DNA of 64,000 nt from an uncultured Pseudomonadota bacterium. Lineage in GTDB: Bacteria > Pseudomonadota > Alphaproteobacteria > Rs-D84. The position numbers were made by a program, and so were the translations under genes. The stretch covers positions 2,717-66,716 of the forward strand of contig CASDTC010000008.1 in assembly GCA_949283535.1 (NCBI GenBank), given 5' to 3'. Below are positions 8,802-19,328 of the stretch, in pieces. The first letter of the stretch is position 1. Each line of letters opens with the position of its first letter. The notes beneath the pieces are model-generated. The model was not told the DNA's origin and ran no database searches. It worked only from the letters and a program-made list of their open reading frames with translations.

Positions 8802-10118
8802 TTATTCCAAATTCAACCGTTGATATTTTTTGCGAACCGCATTCTGCATTTCTGTTATTGCATTCATGTAATCAGACGCCGTTGCATTTTTATTCGCAGA
8901 TACTGCATTAAATATGCGCCCAGTTTCTGTATCACCCGCCGGTTCAATATATGCAATATCTGTTGCCATACGATTAAGTTCCTGTAATGAAACATCTGAC
9001 ATATTTGCGATTCCATAACTCAGGTCCCAAAAATAGTTTGAATTTGTCGAATCTTCGATTCTGTCATAAACAACCAGACGCGGCGTAATAGAACCAGCAA
9101 AACCAACAGTTACATACATGGCATCAATGTTTCCGCCCGTCATATCAATTGATTTATTAACTGTTAATATTGCGGGGCCATCTAAATCAGAAGAAACGGA
9201 TAATCCACCCAGCGTCATATTTGATGCATATAAATCACCGGTGGTAAAACTGGTAAATTTTCCAGTATCTGCCAATGCGAAATTGCCAGAAACCTCCATG
9301 GTGCGAGAATCTGATGATAATATACCAGAAACAGTCGCATTTGTTGCTTCGAAAATATTATCCAGTGTCGTTCGATTTTGGAATATCAAACTGGATGCAA
9401 CCCCAACACCCAATGTTAATGTTTCGTCAAATTGCGCAGAATATGCATTAAAAAAAGACGCATTTGTTATATCGTGTCCGCCCAGATTTAATCCAGACAG
9501 CATCGTTGCATCAGATGCACTGTCGGATGGAACACGCCATAAATACAGCGCATTATCACGATTAACATCGGTTAATTCGACGATTCCGCCAGTGGTATTA
9601 ATCCCCATATCCAATGTATTTGCGTGCCATGCGCCAAATGTACCATATGCACGATTTCCTTCGATAAACCCCATGGAATCGCCGCCCAGCGCAACAATTT
9701 CACGCGTACGCATTGGACTGATTTCGTCAGATGAAAATACAACAATGCCTTGTAATGTGGCACGACCATTTAAATCATTAGATTTCAAAACACGCAATTG
9801 ATATTCATCACTGTCCACCAAATCAACAGACGCACCATATTCAACCAAATCAGACATACTAACACGAACAATATTTCGCCCCACCGTATTTAATAACTGT
9901 TCACGATTATCCAATATGTATCGTTCCAGCGCACTTTGAATATCTGTCATATTATCCGCAATTGCAATATTTTCTGCACGCGTAATTGCACTTTGCTGAT
10001 ACCGGAAAATAAATGGCATAATTATTGCCGCCAATGCAACTGTCATTAATAATTCAACCAGCATGCTGCCATGCTGTTCATTGTGTTGTGTGGAAAAAAT
10101 TCTGTGAATATGCGTCAT
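8802..10118 (-). CDS. PilV-like type IV minor pilin/adhesin (paralogue 3)
   Basis: Class III signal HG/SMLVE plus hydrophobic helix; GGDSMGFI; LYLWR...MLSGLNLGGHDI motif typical of shufflon-PilV N-domain proteins. Confidence 0.75.
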   Translation of the reverse strand: MTHIHRIFSTQHNEQHGSMLVELLMTVALAAIIMPFIFRYQQSAITRAENIAIADNMTDIQSALERYILDNREQLLNTVGRNIVRVSMSDLVEYGASVDLVDSDEYQLRVLKSNDLNGRATLQGIVVFSSDEISPMRTREIVALGGDSMGFIEGNRAYGTFGAWHANTLDMGINTTGGIVELTDVNRDNALYLWRVPSDSASDATMLSGLNLGGHDITNASFFNAYSAQFDETLTLGVGVASSLIFQNRTTLDNIFEATNATVSGILSSDSRTMEVSGNFALADTGKFTSFTTGDLYASNMTLGGLSVSSDLDGPAILTVNKSIDMTGGNIDAMYVTVGFAGSITPRLVVYDRIEDSTNSNYFWDLSYGIANMSDVSLQELNRMATDIAYIEPAGDTETGRIFNAVSANKNATASDYMNAITEMQNAVRKKYQRLNLE

Positions 10119-11329
10119 TGTAATACCTCAACAGGTTGTACAGTTTGCCAATCATCTGACATTATTGCACTGAATTCATTCGCCGATGGCGCCGATGGCA
10201 CAGTTGCACGGGACAAGTGTAATTCTGTAAATCGTGGTGGCGTTAATGATGGAAAAGTCCAGCTGCCAATCTTTACAGGCGATGTTGTCGACATTAATAA
10301 TTCACCAGATATTGTTAACCCAAAATTATCATAAAACACTATGTTTTCGGTGGATAAAAACGATGTTATTACAGAATGCGCAGTTACCCCAGTAAATGCA
10401 CTGATTGTGCGCGTTGCATCTGATTTTAATACCAAATCATTTGCAACATTTACAGAATTTACAACCGTTGCCCGGTCTGTTATTATGCGCCCATTTGTTG
10501 TATATGTTCGTCCATTCATTGTATCAGCATAAATATTGCGGAATCCAGATATATCACCTGTCACACGCATTGAACCAAATGCAGAATTTTCCCCATCCAG
10601 GTTTGCACCATTTGAAAAATAAATTGTGTTCGCCGATACATTTGGTGCCGAAAGAAATTGTGTATTTACATTTTTTATTTCTGCGGATTTTCCAATTATA
10701 CCACCAATGTCATAAACACGATTATTATTCATATTTAAATCACGCATCATTGTATTCAGGTTTTCTTCACCTGTTTCTGTGCGATGCAAATATTTTGATT
10801 TGTCTTCCCCTTCTAAATCACGGGAAATCCGATATATTAAATCGCCGGGTTTGAAATCAGGTGCCGCAACCGCCCACGAACCACCATACGCAACACCATC
10901 ATCGCCAACAACCGCGGCATCACCGCCAATATGCCGCGCAATCTGGGTTGTTCGCAGATCTGTTTCATCAATATCAAATGCCAAATAAACATCTGTAATT
11001 GTTGCCCCATTGACAACATATTTATCAATAAATCCAGCTGTTGGCATGTTTGATATTTCGTCCAATTCATCATCTGCCAATTTAATTTGTGCAACATCTG
11101 GCCAATCCGCCTGGTTTAAACGAACAAAATTTAATACAGTATCACGCAGTGAAATAATTTCATTCGCCGCCGCAATATCGCGCAGCGTATTGTTCGTGTC
11201 AGAAATTTGACTGTATAAAAATGGTGTTGCCATTGCAACGATTGCCATTGCCAGTAAAACTTCGGTCATACTGGCGCCACGCGAATTATCATTAAAAATA
11301 TTTGTTTTACATGCAATCACTGCGCCCAT
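10115..11329 (-). CDS. PilV-like type IV minor pilin/adhesin (paralogue 2)
   Basis: Class III signal RG/ASMTE; IARHIGGDAAVV; YLHR...NTMMRDLNMNNNRV motif. Confidence 0.75.
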   Translation of the reverse strand: MGAVIACKTNIFNDNSRGASMTEVLLAMAIVAMATPFLYSQISDTNNTLRDIAAANEIISLRDTVLNFVRLNQADWPDVAQIKLADDELDEISNMPTAGFIDKYVVNGATITDVYLAFDIDETDLRTTQIARHIGGDAAVVGDDGVAYGGSWAVAAPDFKPGDLIYRISRDLEGEDKSKYLHRTETGEENLNTMMRDLNMNNNRVYDIGGIIGKSAEIKNVNTQFLSAPNVSANTIYFSNGANLDGENSAFGSMRVTGDISGFRNIYADTMNGRTYTTNGRIITDRATVVNSVNVANDLVLKSDATRTISAFTGVTAHSVITSFLSTENIVFYDNFGLTISGELLMSTTSPVKIGSWTFPSLTPPRFTELHLSRATVPSAPSANEFSAIMSDDWQTVQPVEVLQ

Positions 11330-12662
11330 CCAACAAACATTGTTTTATATTAATTCTTTGTTCTAATCGATGCCAGAAAACATATTGGCATATAATATAT
11401 TGCGATAAAGATTTTTGATTATATCTGCCACCCAGGTCTGCAATTATCGCCCGACAATCATCTGTTTTGCTGTCATTTGCACTGGGCTTCGATATTATTT
11501 TAAATACACCATTATCGATTGTATCCAGTAATAAATCTGGCAACATTGATGTACCCGCCAATCGAATATCTAAAATAATCGCACCAGTTTCACCATTATT
11601 TAATGCGTCAGATGTTTGATCGCGCATGGTTATATTTGATGCAATAATTGAACCTGTTTCGATGCCACTGCGTGAACTGTATTCCAAATCATCTGGGTCA
11701 ATATAAACATCTTGACCGCGGGTTGTGTCAATATAAGAACTGATTTCTAAACGCTCCATACTGAAATTAATATTTTCACTGACAATATTACCATTAACAT
11801 TCCATTCCAGGGGCCCCGAAAAACTGGTTCGTCCCGCTGTCATTGCAAAATCGTATACGGACGCAACATTTGATGTAAAACTGCCCGTGTCGCCGAATTG
11901 TGATACGGTCTTTGCATTAACAGAACCAACATACAACGACCCACGCGTTAATGATAATGCAGATTCACCCAACGAACTTTGAAATATCGCACGATTTGCT
12001 ATTAAAACATCAATTGTATTACGAACCTTGCGTCCATCTTCTGTGCCAAAAATAGATAATGTATCAAATTCCCCAGTATCAAATTCGCCACGGCGCGCAA
12101 ATATATCACCACCGTTATCAAAAATAAAACCACCCATATCTAAATCTGTTAAAAACGCACTGTTATCTAAATCCGTTTCATTACGTCGAACAACATCGGA
12201 ATATGCCGCATCCAATGCCAATCCAACCAATATATCATCACCAGATATTGATGCATAAAAACCAATTCGGCGCGCCAGTTCCGCAGTTTGCACATCAGAT
12301 AAATTACCACCCGATAATTGCAAGTATGCATTTACCGCCATCGCTGTTTTGTTTATTACCAATGATATATCCTGGCCCAGTGCGGTATGTGGAATAAAGC
12401 CCAATGGCAATCCATACGGTTCCAATAAATCAGAAAACGCATCCCCAGATACAACAGTTGTATTATACGGCAAATCATTTGCGCGGCTGCGAATAAAAAT
12501 ACGCGCCGCAGTTTGTGCAACATCAACCTTTTGCGTGGTGGCATACATTTGCGAATCCATATCGCGCGCCGCCAAACGACCCGCAAAAAATGGAATAAAT
12601 GAAAATATCAGCGTCAATGCTAATAACGCCTGTAATAAAAAATTTCCACTTTGTCGCTGCAT
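11307..12662 (-). CDS. PilV-like type IV minor pilin/adhesin (paralogue 1; Gln at +5)
   Basis: MQRQSG/NFLLQ class III-like signal; LARRIG; VRR...FLTDLDMGG motif; RBS-like GGAGG upstream. Confidence 0.7.
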   Translation of the reverse strand: MQRQSGNFLLQALLALTLIFSFIPFFAGRLAARDMDSQMYATTQKVDVAQTAARIFIRSRANDLPYNTTVVSGDAFSDLLEPYGLPLGFIPHTALGQDISLVINKTAMAVNAYLQLSGGNLSDVQTAELARRIGFYASISGDDILVGLALDAAYSDVVRRNETDLDNSAFLTDLDMGGFIFDNGGDIFARRGEFDTGEFDTLSIFGTEDGRKVRNTIDVLIANRAIFQSSLGESALSLTRGSLYVGSVNAKTVSQFGDTGSFTSNVASVYDFAMTAGRTSFSGPLEWNVNGNIVSENINFSMERLEISSYIDTTRGQDVYIDPDDLEYSSRSGIETGSIIASNITMRDQTSDALNNGETGAIILDIRLAGTSMLPDLLLDTIDNGVFKIISKPSANDSKTDDCRAIIADLGGRYNQKSLSQYIICQYVFWHRLEQRINIKQCLLDGRSDCM

Positions 12663-12818
12663 GAACAGGCGTCCCTCCTACATACCATAAATGTTAGCAA
12701 TTGAAAAAAAATATTGCAATCAGTTTTAAGTTGATTTATTATCTTGCTGTGTTAAGTACAAATGCGAAGTATAAAAACGCATAAATGGATAAATTTCCTG
12801 ACAATAAAGAATTAAGTT

Positions 12819-13133
12819 ATGCCAAATAAAAAAAACCAATCGTCTGTCGGACTGATGATTCAACGCTGCCACAAGTGGCGTCAAAAAAGAAAACAATATA
12901 TGGACCAAGCGCGTCAAACAACAGATGAAATTGAACGCGAACGCCTGATGCAGGCGGCGGAACACTATGGTCGCATCGTTAATGCAGAACAGGGAAAAAT
13001 CGATTCAACCCGCGCCCCAGGGGACAAAGCAGTTCCCAGTGATGTGCCGGATGCAACAGACGCAACAGATATTGATGCAACATCTGATGACGATGAACCT
13101 GCGTTGCCAGATTTTATTACAGATATGAAATAA
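12819..13133 (+). CDS. DUF4167-like alphaproteobacterial protein
   Basis: Y..QAR.....ERERLMQAAEHYGRI motif followed by an acidic tail ending LPDFI. Confidence 0.65.
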   Translation: MPNKKNQSSVGLMIQRCHKWRQKRKQYMDQARQTTDEIERERLMQAAEHYGRIVNAEQGKIDSTRAPGDKAVPSDVPDATDATDIDATSDDDEPALPDFITDMK

Positions 13134-13209
13134 AATCGATTTTCATTTATACTTTAATGGTTGAAATTTGACTGTGTTTTGCTATCCTTTCCACAAAGGA
13201 AGTTTTAGC

Positions 13210-14754
13210 ATGGATAGTAATTATACTGTTTTAGCACGCAAATATCGCAGTCAAGATTTTAAATCACTGATTGGGCAAGATGTTTTAGTAAAAACACTGA
13301 CCACTGCAATTAACACGGGGCGCATCGCGCACGCATATATTTTCACCGGAATTCGCGGTACGGGAAAAACCAGTACGGCGCGTATTTTAGCAAAAGCTTT
13401 AAATTGTTTGTCATCAGATGGTCCAACGGCAAATCCATGTGGCGTTTGCGAAAATTGTCGTGCAATTACCGCTGGACAACACATTGATGTTATGGAAATT
13501 GACGCGGCATCACATACAGGCGTTGATAACATGCGCGATATATTGGACGCGGCACAATATCGCCCAACAAATGGTCGATACAAGGTCTATATTATTGACG
13601 AAGTACATATGTTATCAATTCCTGCATTTAATGCATTGTTAAAAACACTGGAAGAACCACCGGCACATGTTATTTTTATACTGGCAACCACAGAAATAAG
13701 AAAAGTGCCTGTTACAATTTTATCGCGCTGCCAGCGTTTTGATTTGGTTCGCGTACCAGTTGAAACACTGAAAAAACATTTTGCATGGATTGCAGGGCAA
13801 GAAAAAATTGAACTAACCGATGGCGCAAACGAATTGTTGGCGCGTGCCGCCGATGGTTCTGTACGCGATGGATTATCATTACTGGACCAGGCAATCGCAC
13901 AAACCGCGGGGCATGTCGATGAACAATCTGTATTGGATATGTTAAAACGCGCCGATCGTGGAATTGTTGTTAATTTTATGGAAACTGTGCTGTCTGGTGA
14001 TACGGCGGCGGCACTGGCAAAGGCAGATGAAATTTATAATAATGGCGCAGATTTATCAATGCTGTTGACAGATATGATGGAATGGACGCATTGGGCAACG
14101 CGTATGCACCCGGCACTACTACATGCGGGCGATATTACAAATTCCCCGTACACCGCCGATCAACGCGAACAAATCAGAAAAATCAACGCACGCATATCTT
14201 TAAACACCCTGTCCCGAATATGGCAGGTTATGGTTGCGGCAGTCCCAGAAATGCAGGCGGCGGGAAATCAAAAACAATGTTTTGATATGTTAATTGTGCG
14301 ACTGATGCATATTGCAAATATGCCGCCAGTATCAGAAATATTAAAACAACAAACCACAATAACATCGCGCGATACGCCGACACCCAATACCACCGCCCCA
14401 GATGCACAAAAAAATGCAAAACGCATAATTACAAATGCAGATGAATTGGCAAATGCATTGCAAGAAACCAAAGAAATTTTACTGTATTCATACTATACCA
14501 GTAATATAGAGGTTTCAGAAATATCAGACGGACATATTAAATATTTTGATCGCCGTGGTGATGCTGATTTCGCACACAAATTATCTGCATGGCTGAATGA
14601 CAAGACTGGTCATGCATGGATACTGGAACGAATAACAGAATCACCCCATGCACACACAATAACCGAACAAAAGCAAGAAGAATTAGAATCTGACCCATTG
14701 GTCGCCAGCGCAATGAGTTTATTTGAAAATGCAGAAATTGTCGGCGTAAAATAA
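13210..14754 (+). CDS. dnaX: DNA polymerase III subunit gamma/tau
   Basis: YTVLARKYR, GIRGTGKT, Zn-binding Cys, IIDEVHML, LLKTLEEPP, SRC motifs; start set at ATG 13210. Confidence 0.97.
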   Translation: MDSNYTVLARKYRSQDFKSLIGQDVLVKTLTTAINTGRIAHAYIFTGIRGTGKTSTARILAKALNCLSSDGPTANPCGVCENCRAITAGQHIDVMEIDAASHTGVDNMRDILDAAQYRPTNGRYKVYIIDEVHMLSIPAFNALLKTLEEPPAHVIFILATTEIRKVPVTILSRCQRFDLVRVPVETLKKHFAWIAGQEKIELTDGANELLARAADGSVRDGLSLLDQAIAQTAGHVDEQSVLDMLKRADRGIVVNFMETVLSGDTAAALAKADEIYNNGADLSMLLTDMMEWTHWATRMHPALLHAGDITNSPYTADQREQIRKINARISLNTLSRIWQVMVAAVPEMQAAGNQKQCFDMLIVRLMHIANMPPVSEILKQQTTITSRDTPTPNTTAPDAQKNAKRIITNADELANALQETKEILLYSYYTSNIEVSEISDGHIKYFDRRGDADFAHKLSAWLNDKTGHAWILERITESPHAHTITEQKQEELESDPLVASAMSLFENAEIVGVK

Positions 14755-14766
14755 AAAGGGAAAAAT

Positions 14767-15222
14767 ATGAAACAAGAATTTGGTGCATCATTAATAGAAA
14801 TTATCGGCGTGTTGGCAATTGCCGGTTTAATGGGTGGGGCGGCAATTGCAATGTATAATGTTATACGAAATAACCAAGTACGAAAAATTGCGTCCGTGGA
14901 ATTGGAACAAATTGCAAAAGACACCAATCTGTTAATGGGAATGCGTGGCGATTATAATGGTATTTCTGTTGAATATTTGGTTTCGGCGGGTGCGCTGGAT
15001 AATACACATGCGCCGATTGGTGGCGATTGGTCAATTACAGCAATTGACGATGGTGCCGGATTTTCAATTAATTTAACACAATTAAGCCAGGGCGAATGCC
15101 AATATTTCACAACAGCTATGCCAAAATGGGCAACATCTATTACAGTTAATGGTTTTGAAACAGATATTTCAGCAAATTGTTTTTCAACAGATACAAATCA
15201 AATTTCTTTTATTGTAAAATAA
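14767..15222 (+). CDS. Type IV major pilin (PilS-like)
   Basis: FG/ASLIE prepilin site, hydrophobic helix, C-terminal Cys pair, 151 aa. Confidence 0.8.
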   Translation: MKQEFGASLIEIIGVLAIAGLMGGAAIAMYNVIRNNQVRKIASVELEQIAKDTNLLMGMRGDYNGISVEYLVSAGALDNTHAPIGGDWSITAIDDGAGFSINLTQLSQGECQYFTTAMPKWATSITVNGFETDISANCFSTDTNQISFIVK

Positions 15223-15897
15223 ATGAAGATACATGGAAATATTTTTTTATTGTCTGTAATTTTTTTGGCGGGATGCACGCAATATCACAGTCCTGCACGC
15301 AGTACATGGTCAAATTACCTGCGCGGCGCCAGTTTTACAGACATGACCGAAATATCACGCATTGCAAAGCGTCCTGTATACCTGGGGGCGGGCGGAAAAC
15401 TGGTTACAAGCATTGACGCACCAGCAACACTGGATTATGGCGACAAGGTTGCAAATGACAACGCAATCAGTTTAAATTATATGTCCCGGCTGGAATATGA
15501 ATTATATGACGCATTGCGCAAACCTGGAATTTCTGTGCAACGCGCGGGAACCGATGTTGTTGTTATTCTGGTGCGGGACGCGATCATGGAATTAAATGTT
15601 GCCGACATTTCGCCAGATGGCGCAGACACACTGAAAACCATTGCAAAAATTTTGAAAAAATATGATGCAACATTCTTTGAAATTGCAGGATATACCGACG
15701 CGATGGCATCACGCCAGGCGGACGCATTGTCCATGGACATGGCGCAACGCGTCGGTGTGTTTTTATCCCAGCAAGATATAAATACTGCACGCATGTTTAT
15801 TGTCGGACGCGGCGCGGCGCGACCAATTGCCGCCCAGGATGATATTGGGCGTCTGACCAATCGGCGTGTTGAAATCAGAATCGTTCCCGCACGATGA
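15223..15897 (+). CDS. OmpA-family lipoprotein
   Basis: LAGC lipobox; IAGYTD...LS..A..V and NRRVEI motifs. Confidence 0.85.
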   Translation: MKIHGNIFLLSVIFLAGCTQYHSPARSTWSNYLRGASFTDMTEISRIAKRPVYLGAGGKLVTSIDAPATLDYGDKVANDNAISLNYMSRLEYELYDALRKPGISVQRAGTDVVVILVRDAIMELNVADISPDGADTLKTIAKILKKYDATFFEIAGYTDAMASRQADALSMDMAQRVGVFLSQQDINTARMFIVGRGAARPIAAQDDIGRLTNRRVEIRIVPAR

Positions 15898-15967
15898 AAT
15901 TTAAGAACAAGTTTCGCTTTCAATTTAAAATTTTTGTTGCTATACTGAATCCATAACATAAAAAAGG

Positions 15968-16645
15968 ATGGAAATTATGGCAAATAAAACACAGGCTGAT
16001 CCAGCTGTAAAAAAATATGTAAAGACTGGTATTATCGCGGCAATTGTCGTTGTTGTGGCGGCGTTGGGTATATGGGCAATCAGTGCAGTACGCGGTAATT
16101 CTGGTGGGGCAACTGTCGAAGAAGCAATGGAAGTTGTCAGCACAGATGCCGCAACAGGCGCAGAATTGCGCATGGCGGTAATTCGTATGGATGCAATACA
16201 AACCCAGGCGGATGTATTAAAAGATCTGACTGCACAGCGTCAGAAATATGAAAATGAACTGCGTGATGAATTGGAATCCAGACAAAAAGAATTGGAATCC
16301 GAAAAGGCAGAAATTGAAAAATCGCAAGATGTTTTATCACGCGATGCATTGCAACGCCGTATTGTTGATTATCAAAATCGCGTAAATGAACTGCAACGCG
16401 ATTTGACAGAACGCGCACAAAGCATCGAAATTTCATTCCAAAATGCGCTGAACAAAATTCAGAAAGAACATTTGGATCCTGTTATCGAAGGTATCATTGC
16501 AAAGAAAAATCTGTCATTGGTAATTGATGGTCGTTTTGCCCGTATCGGCAACAATGCAGAAAATCTGGATATAACCGAAGAAGTGATTTCGGCGTTGAAT
16601 AAAAAAGTATCTAATGTAAAAATGGATACACCACAAGGTTTTTAA
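15968..16645 (+). CDS. skp: OmpH/Skp periplasmic chaperone
   Basis: Coiled-coil body, LVID and DITEEVI..LN C-terminal motifs; upstream of lpxD-fabZ. Confidence 0.85.
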   Translation: MEIMANKTQADPAVKKYVKTGIIAAIVVVVAALGIWAISAVRGNSGGATVEEAMEVVSTDAATGAELRMAVIRMDAIQTQADVLKDLTAQRQKYENELRDELESRQKELESEKAEIEKSQDVLSRDALQRRIVDYQNRVNELQRDLTERAQSIEISFQNALNKIQKEHLDPVIEGIIAKKNLSLVIDGRFARIGNNAENLDITEEVISALNKKVSNVKMDTPQGF

Positions 16646-16660
16646 AAAACGAAAATATAC

Positions 16661-16692
16661 AAAATAGCCACTGTTTCTCAGTGGCTGTTTTT
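16661..16692 (+). terminator. Intrinsic terminator
   Basis: AGCCACTG-TTTCT-CAGTGGCT followed by GTTTTT. Confidence 0.75.
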
Positions 16693-16741
16693 ATATCTAA
16701 ATTATGCTTTTAATTTAAAAAAAATAGGGTATAATCCCAGC

Positions 16742-17785
16742 ATGTTAAATAAAATAAAATCTTTGATGGCACCAGCAGCGACACAGACAACTGCGGGGGC
16801 ATTAGCAGAAAAGTTTGGTCTGGAATTGCGTGGGAACCCAAAAACCCTGGTCCGCGGGGTCGCGCCGATCGCCGATGCAAAACCGGGGCAATTGGCATTT
16901 TATTCAACCGAACAAAACAGTGCGGCATTTAAAATACTGCCAATCGATGTATTAAAAAACACTCGCGCCAGTGTCATTCTGGTACAACCAGAACATGCCG
17001 CTGACGCACCAAGTGGTGCAACACTGTTAATAACAGACAGTCCGCGTGGCAATATTGTAAAAATACTGGGGGAAATTTATCGTGAACCGCCACGGCGTGG
17101 AATTAATAGACATGCAATAATTGAACGCGGCGTGTTTTTCAGAAATCGTGCCAGTGTATATGTCGGGCAATTTGCGACAATTGAACGCGGGGCAGTTATT
17201 GAACCAGATGTAAAAATATATCCCAATGCATATATTGGAAAAAATGTCACCATTGGTCGTGGCACAATCGTTCAAACAGGCGCGCATATTGAAAATGCCA
17301 CAATTGGTGCAGATTGTGTTATAAATGCCGGCGCAGTCATTGGCAAAGACGGATTTGGTTATACCCGTCAAAATGGTCATAATGTTTTTATTCCACATGT
17401 TGGTCGTGTTGTAATTGGTAATCGCGTTTCTGTCGGTGCAAATACATGTATTGACCGTGGCGCAATGACAGACACACAAATTGGCGACGGGACAAAAATT
17501 GATAACCTGTGCCAGATTGCACATGGGGTGATTATTGGGGCTGAATGCTTTTTGGCATCAGGCGTTGGATTGGCTGGTGGCGTTGTTGTTGGCGACCGCG
17601 CGCTGTTGGCGGGTCAGGTTGGCGTTGCGAACGGTGTACATATTGGTAATGATGCAGAGGTTGGCGCCCACAGTGGTGTATTCAGAAATATTGCAGATGG
17701 GGCGCGTTATATGGGATATCCGGCGGGTCCAGGCACAGAATTTATGCGCCACTATGCATGGTTGCGAAAGAATACGAAAAATTAA
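16742..17785 (+). CDS. lpxD: UDP-3-O-acylglucosamine N-acyltransferase
   Basis: Hexapeptide repeats; [27 protein letters not shown]. Confidence 0.95.
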   Translation: MLNKIKSLMAPAATQTTAGALAEKFGLELRGNPKTLVRGVAPIADAKPGQLAFYSTEQNSAAFKILPIDVLKNTRASVILVQPEHAADAPSGATLLITDSPRGNIVKILGEIYREPPRRGINRHAIIERGVFFRNRASVYVGQFATIERGAVIEPDVKIYPNAYIGKNVTIGRGTIVQTGAHIENATIGADCVINAGAVIGKDGFGYTRQNGHNVFIPHVGRVVIGNRVSVGANTCIDRGAMTDTQIGDGTKIDNLCQIAHGVIIGAECFLASGVGLAGGVVVGDRALLAGQVGVANGVHIGNDAEVGAHSGVFRNIADGARYMGYPAGPGTEFMRHYAWLRKNTKN

Positions 17786-17803
17786 AATACAGGAGTATTA
17801 TAT

Positions 17804-18256
17804 ATGATAGATGCAAAAGGTATTGAAAAAGTTATTCCACATCGTGGTGCAATGCGACTGGTCGATGAAATACGCGAATATAATGAAACCAGCGGCGTTG
17901 GTATAAAATATGTTCGTGATGACGAATTTTGGTGCAGCGGACATTTCCCAGACAATCCAATTATGCCAGGCGTATTAACAATCGAAGCATTGGCACAAAC
18001 AGCGTGCTTTATTGCATTAGCACGTCTGGGGGTAAACGATGGAAAAACTTTGGGATATTTTACAACCATGGAAAAAATTAAATTTTCGCATATGGTAAAA
18101 CCAGGGGATGTATTGGAATTGCATGTTGAGTTGATTATGTCAAAAATGCGTTTGTATAAATTCCACGGTATTGCAATGGTCAGTGGAAAAAAAGTATCAG
18201 AGGCAACATTTACCGCAATCATGGATTCGCAAAATCCAATGGAAAAACAAGTATAA
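17804..18256 (+). CDS. fabZ: 3-hydroxyacyl-ACP dehydratase
   Basis: IPHR..M.LVD; GHFP..PIMPGVL.IEALAQ. Confidence 0.96.
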   Translation: MIDAKGIEKVIPHRGAMRLVDEIREYNETSGVGIKYVRDDEFWCSGHFPDNPIMPGVLTIEALAQTACFIALARLGVNDGKTLGYFTTMEKIKFSHMVKPGDVLELHVELIMSKMRLYKFHGIAMVSGKKVSEATFTAIMDSQNPMEKQV

Positions 18257-18284
18257 AAAATCCCGCGAAAGCGGGATTTTTTTT
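18255..18284. terminator. Bidirectional intrinsic terminator
   Basis: AAAAAATCCCGC-GAAA-GCGGGATTTTTTTT between convergent genes. Confidence 0.85.
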
Positions 18285-18296
18285 ATTCTGTATATT

Positions 18297-19298
18297 TTAT
18301 TGTCCCTGCAAATTACTTAAAACGCCTTGAATTCTATCCATACTGTCGCTATCCAGTAATGCAGCTGCAATCGTGTATGCAGAATTTAAATCGCCCCGCG
18401 CCGCGTCAACATCACCCAACGCAATATTCAATGCCGCCGATTTTTCAAAATATGACATCGCTGCACTGGATTGACTTTCGCGTTGTGCCGCCGTTGTAGC
18501 ACCCTGGATTTGTTCAGAAACGACACGAATTGCTGTGGCATAGTCATTTATTGCATCGGCATAATTGCCAATTGCGGTATATGCTTCGGCACGTTCGGCA
18601 TAAACCGACGGATCAACAACGCCATCTGGGCGCGCCAATGAATTTGTATAATCAGCAATTGCCCCTTCCCAATTCTTTAACCACAGGTTCAGGCGCCCCC
18701 GCTTTGCATACAAATCGCGCATTTGTAAAACAGCACTGGGGTTTGCAGTTTGTGCCGCCAATGCATTATTTATATCATTTAATGCAGAATTATAATCTTC
18801 CAGTCGCATATTCAATAATGCACGGTCATAATATGCAACCGAATTAACCGGATCTTTTTCAATTGCCGTATTAAAATCAGCCAATGCGTCACGATAATTT
18901 GCCATTTGCATATACGCTTCGCCACGTAAAATATATGCATTTATATCTGCGTTTCCAGAATCAATCGATGTTGTCAAATCTGTAATCGCACCATTTACAT
19001 CACCAGACAATAATTTTGTTTTGCCATTTTCATAATAATCAGACGCCTGTAATAATGCTTCTTCGGTGATTTCAACATTATTGGTACTGGTGGTATTGTT
19101 TGAAATTCCATGGCTGCGTCCCAAAATATAAAATGTTGCCGCAATAAAAAATAATATTATAAACCAATAAATATATATTGATACAGACCATGGACTGGTC
19201 GAAGATTGTTTTTTATTCGATGTTGTTGCAACAGCTTTTGCTGTTGAAGTTATATTTTTTTTGGATACTGAATTTTTCTTGGCGATATTTTTTTTCAT
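18297..19298 (-). CDS. Membrane-anchored tetratricopeptide-repeat protein
   Basis: One TM helix followed by multiple AY..RG.AY......A..DF..AI TPR repeats. Confidence 0.85.
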   Translation of the reverse strand: MKKNIAKKNSVSKKNITSTAKAVATTSNKKQSSTSPWSVSIYIYWFIILFFIAATFYILGRSHGISNNTTSTNNVEITEEALLQASDYYENGKTKLLSGDVNGAITDLTTSIDSGNADINAYILRGEAYMQMANYRDALADFNTAIEKDPVNSVAYYDRALLNMRLEDYNSALNDINNALAAQTANPSAVLQMRDLYAKRGRLNLWLKNWEGAIADYTNSLARPDGVVDPSVYAERAEAYTAIGNYADAINDYATAIRVVSEQIQGATTAAQRESQSSAAMSYFEKSAALNIALGDVDAARGDLNSAYTIAAALLDSDSMDRIQGVLSNLQGQ

Positions 19299-19328
19299 GC
19301 AAAAACTCCCTTCCTTAATATTTGGATT

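Noticed and set aside
8802-12662. Shufflon (invertible PilV C-termini)
   Set aside because: No recombinase, no inverted partial cassettes and no repeated sfx-like sites seen; all three genes are complete and co-directional
14400-14425. Programmed -1 frameshift in dnaX at an A7 run
   Set aside because: Not the A_AAA_AAG slippery heptamer, and no obvious downstream stimulatory hairpin
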